Origin: an uncultured delta proteobacterium | Lineage (GTDB): Bacteria > Desulfobacterota > Binatia > UBA9968 | Assembly: GCA_963760795.1 (NCBI GenBank) | Contig: CAVXEP010000032.1 | Location: 160,001-224,000, forward strand | DNA: 64,000 nt | Direction: 5' to 3' | In this document: positions 60,655 to 64,000 of the stretch, piece after piece | Layout of the letters: the number at the start of each line of letters is the position of its first letter | Numbering within the stretch: position 1 is the first letter of the stretch | Notes under the pieces: generated by a model | What the model was told of the DNA's origin: nothing | The model's input: the letters and a program-made list of their open reading frames with translations, nothing else | Database searches by the model: none | Made by a program: the position numbers and the translations under genes

Positions 60655-63038
60655 ATGAAAACAAAGACGAACTTAAAGACACTTAGTCCACAATTGCTAC
60701 GCACGATGGACGCCTATTGGCGCGCGGCGAACTATCTTTCCGTGGGACAGATTTATCTGTATGACAATCCCCTGCTGAAGCAGCCGCTCAAGCTGGCGCA
60801 CATCAAACCGCGCCTGCTCGGCCATTGGGGCACGACGCCGGGGCTGAACTTCATTTACGTTCACCTGAACCGAGTCATCAAGGAACACGACCTCAACGTC
60901 ATCTACATCACCGGGCCGGGCCACGGCGGACCGGGGCTGGTGGCGAATGCATATCTCGAAGGCACCTACAGCGAAGTCTACCCCAACATTTCACAAGACG
61001 AGGACGGGATGCAGCGGCTGTTCAAGCAGTTTTCTTTCCCGGGCGGGATTCCGAGCCACGTGGCGCCGGAGACGCCTGGTTCGATTCACGAGGGTGGCGA
61101 ATTGGGTTATTCGCTGTCGCACGCTTTCGGCGCGGCGTTCGATAATCCCAACCTGCTGGTCGCGTGCGTTGTCGGCGACGGCGAAGCGGAGACCGGCCCG
61201 CTCGCTACCAGTTGGCACTCGAACAAATTTTTGAATCCGGTCCACGACGGCGCCGTGTTGCCGATTCTGCACTTGAACGGCTACAAGATTGCCGGCCCCA
61301 CTGTGCTGGCGCGCATTCCCCATGACGAACTGGTAGCGCTTTTTCGCGGCTATGGTTACACGCCGTATTTCGTCGAGGGTAACGACCCGATCAAGATGCA
61401 CCAACTCATGGCCGCTACACTCGATGTTGTCGTGGCCGACATTCGGCGCATCCAACTGCATGCCCGTACCAAGGGGTTCACGGCGCGGCCGCGCTGGCCG
61501 ATGATTATTTTGCGCTCACCGAAGGGTTGGACCGGCCCGAAAATGGTCGATGGCAAGCCGAGCGAAGGCACGTTTCGCTCGCACCAGGTGCCGATGGGCG
61601 ACATGAGCCATCCAGGGCACGTAAAGATCTTGCAGAAGTGGCTGAAGAGCTATCGCCCGCAGGAGTTGTTCGATCAGTCGGGCAAGTTGCGCGCTGAACT
61701 CGCAGAGCTCGCGCCGAAAGGCGAGCGGCGCATGAGCGCCAATCCCCACGCCAATGGTGGCCTCCTTGCTACGCGACCTGAGCCTGCCTGATTTCCGCAG
61801 CTACGCGGTGAAAGTGCCGAAGCCCGGCGGCGTAGATGGCGAAGCTACAAGCGTCCAAGGCGCATTTATCCGCGACGTGATCAAACTCAACCGCGAAAAT
61901 TTTCGTGTCTTCAGCCCGGACGAAACCTCCTCGAACCGCTGGGCCGCGGTGTTCGAAGCGACCAACCGTTGTTCGACTGCTGAAATCATTCCCGGCGACG
62001 ATCGCGTCGCCCCGGATGGCCGCGTGATGGAGATGTTGAGCGAGCACCAGTGCGAAGGCTGGCTGGAAGGTTACTTGCTCACCGGCCGTCACGGCTTTTT
62101 CTCGTGCTACGAAGCGTTCATTCACATCGTCGATTCGATGTTCAATCAGCACGCCAAGTGGCTCAAGGTGACTCGGGAAATTCCCTGGCGTCGGCCGATC
62201 GCCTCGCTAAATTACCTTCTCACGTCGCATGTCTGGCGTCAGGACCACAACGGCTTCAGTCATCAAGACCCCGGCTTCATTGACCATGTCGTAAACAAGA
62301 AAGCGGAAGTCATCCGGGTCTACCTGCCGCCCGACGCAAACACACTGCTCTCCGTGACCGATCACTGCCTGCGCAGCCGGAACTACGTGAACGTGATCGT
62401 CGCTGGGAAACAACCCGCAGCGCAGTGGCTCGACATGGACGCTGCCATCAAGCATTGCGCTGCCGGCATCGGTATCTGGCCTTGGGCCAGCAACGATCAG
62501 GGCGGCGAGCCCGATGTCGTCATGGCGTGTGCCGGCGACGTGCCGACGCTCGAAACCCTCGCCGCAGTGCAGTTGCTTCGAAAGTTTTTTCCCGAGTTAA
62601 AAATCCGGGTGATTAACGTGGTTAATTTAATGAAGCTCCAGCCGCAGAGCGAACATCCGCACGGTCTGAGCGACAAAGAGTTCGATGTGCTCTTTACGAC
62701 GGACAAACCGATCATCTTCGCCTATCACGGTTATCCCTGGTTGATCCATCGGCTCACCTATCGGCGCACCAACCACGAAAACCTCCATGTGCGCGGTTAC
62801 AAAGAGGAAGGCACGACGTCGACGCCGTTCGACATGGTGGTGTTGAACGACTTGGACCGTTTCCATCTCGTCGCCGACGTCATCGATCGGGTGGCGCAGC
62901 TCGGTCCCAAGGCCGCCTATGCCAAACAAACCATGCGCGATAAGCTCATCGAGCACAAGCAATTACATCGCAGAACACGGCCAGGATATGCCGGAGATTC
63001 GCAATTGGAAATGGGGCGGAAAAAAGTCATCAAGATGA
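60655..63038 (+). CDS. xfp: Phosphoketolase (xylulose-5-P/fructose-6-P), +1 frameshifts near 61765 and 62962
   Basis: [54 protein letters not shown]; restored end [13 protein letters not shown]. Confidence 0.93.
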
Positions 63039-63164
63039 ACAACATAAACGCGCATTTACCTCATTAGCCGCGTTGAAACCGAATGCACGATGTGTTTCAG
63101 CTGCTTGCTTACGACAGCAATTTGGCTAGGAGGGGAGAGATGCGTGGCTTTCTCTCAGAAGAGC

Positions 63165-63410
63165 ATCCGCGCTTGTCCGCTACCGTTCGCCGGATCCCGT
63201 GCTGACGCCTGAGTTGCCGCAAGAACGCTGGGGAACAGTTTCTAATGTCGTATTCGCCATCGGCATCGACCGGCGCGACGCTCTTGGCTTGCCAGATCGC
63301 TTCGATGTTTATTACGGCATGGCCGACAACCGGATCGGTGTGGCACGGCTGGACGTGCCGGACAGCTGCCGCCAGGCGCGCCCGCCGATGCGCCGGAAGC
63401 GAAGGTGTAA
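63165..63410 (+). pseudogene. GH130-like glycosidase/phosphorylase C-terminal remnant
   Basis: PVLTPE..ER.G.V.NVVF...DVYYGMADNRIGVA. Confidence 0.7.
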
Positions 63411-63714
63411 TTTTTCATCGCCGTGAATAGGCAAGCGAGGTTCGCTGACGACGACTAAAATGGCGCTACAGTCGGCTCTTATTCGGCGCGATATTTCCTA
63501 TCGGGTCGTCCACTATGGAGCACTAATTCACGCTGAATTCGCTTAGTCTCGAGAATCCAAAACTACTGAAATACAGTCCAGGGCGAATATCTAGTTCAAT
63601 CTGAGGGTCAGTCTATCAACGCTAAAGTTGCACCGTCCCGAATAGCCCGCTCTCGCCTTGTGTTTTCGCATTTCATACCGTATTTCTAGAGAAGCATCTC
63701 GCCGCGAGAAGGTA

Positions 63715-64000
63715 TTGGAAGACACCATCCAGAAAATTGCCATTTGGGCGTTTCCCGTGCTCGTAGCTGTGGTTTTTCATGAGGTTTCCCATGGTTGGGT
63801 GGCAAACCAGCTGGGCGATCCGACGGCTAAAAATTTGGGCCGACTGACGCTCAATCCGATCGCGCACATCGATTTGTTCGGGACGATTCTCGTGCCGGCG
63901 ATGTTGATCTTGGTCAGTTCGCCGTTTGTCTTCGGTTACGCCAAGCCGGTGCCGGTGAACTTTTACAACCTGCGCAATCCCAAGCGCGATATGGTGTGGG
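63715..64000 (+). CDS. Site-2 protease (M50) family protein, truncated by the window end
   Basis: TTG start; FHEVSHG..A..LGDPTA...GRLTLNP.AHID, GYAKPVPVN. Confidence 0.9.
   Translation, partial: MEDTIQKIAIWAFPVLVAVVFHEVSHGWVANQLGDPTAKNLGRLTLNPIAHIDLFGTILVPAMLILVSSPFVFGYAKPVPVNFYNLRNPKRDMVW

Overview
GC-rich bacterial chromosome segment. Gene content (many Amidohydro_2 enzymes, orphan NitT/TauT and TAXI solute-binding proteins, mutS-amidase-glnD-xerD-site-2 protease order) suggests a Deltaproteobacteria/Binatota-like organism (inference). 0.1-39.9 kb is an accessory catabolic and transport region: amidohydrolases, LLM oxidoreductase, TPP enzyme, heme-oxygenase-like diiron enzyme, a cytoplasmic Mo-bisPGD enzyme with an Fe-S/NrfD fusion partner, a GGDEF/receiver islet, a TIR fusion protein, recQ and sulfur dioxygenase-like genes. 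It is dense with palindromic repeat families, some nested and two apparently translated in frame within signal-peptide regions. About 39.94-48.93 kb is an integrated satellite/prophage-like element with no recognisable integrase. It is bounded by an 11-bp direct repeat and carries HTH/TerS-like and AlpA/Xis genes, a promoter-sRNA-terminator-microprotein unit, a G-rich mini-hairpin tract, an iteron-containing initiator and a DnaB helicase. 49-64 kb is mostly core genome (DUF72, MerR, mutS, amidase, glnD, xerD, site-2 protease) with a cupin-phosphoketolase insert. Seven single-base (+1) frameshifts in otherwise intact reading frames are probably sequencing or assembly errors.
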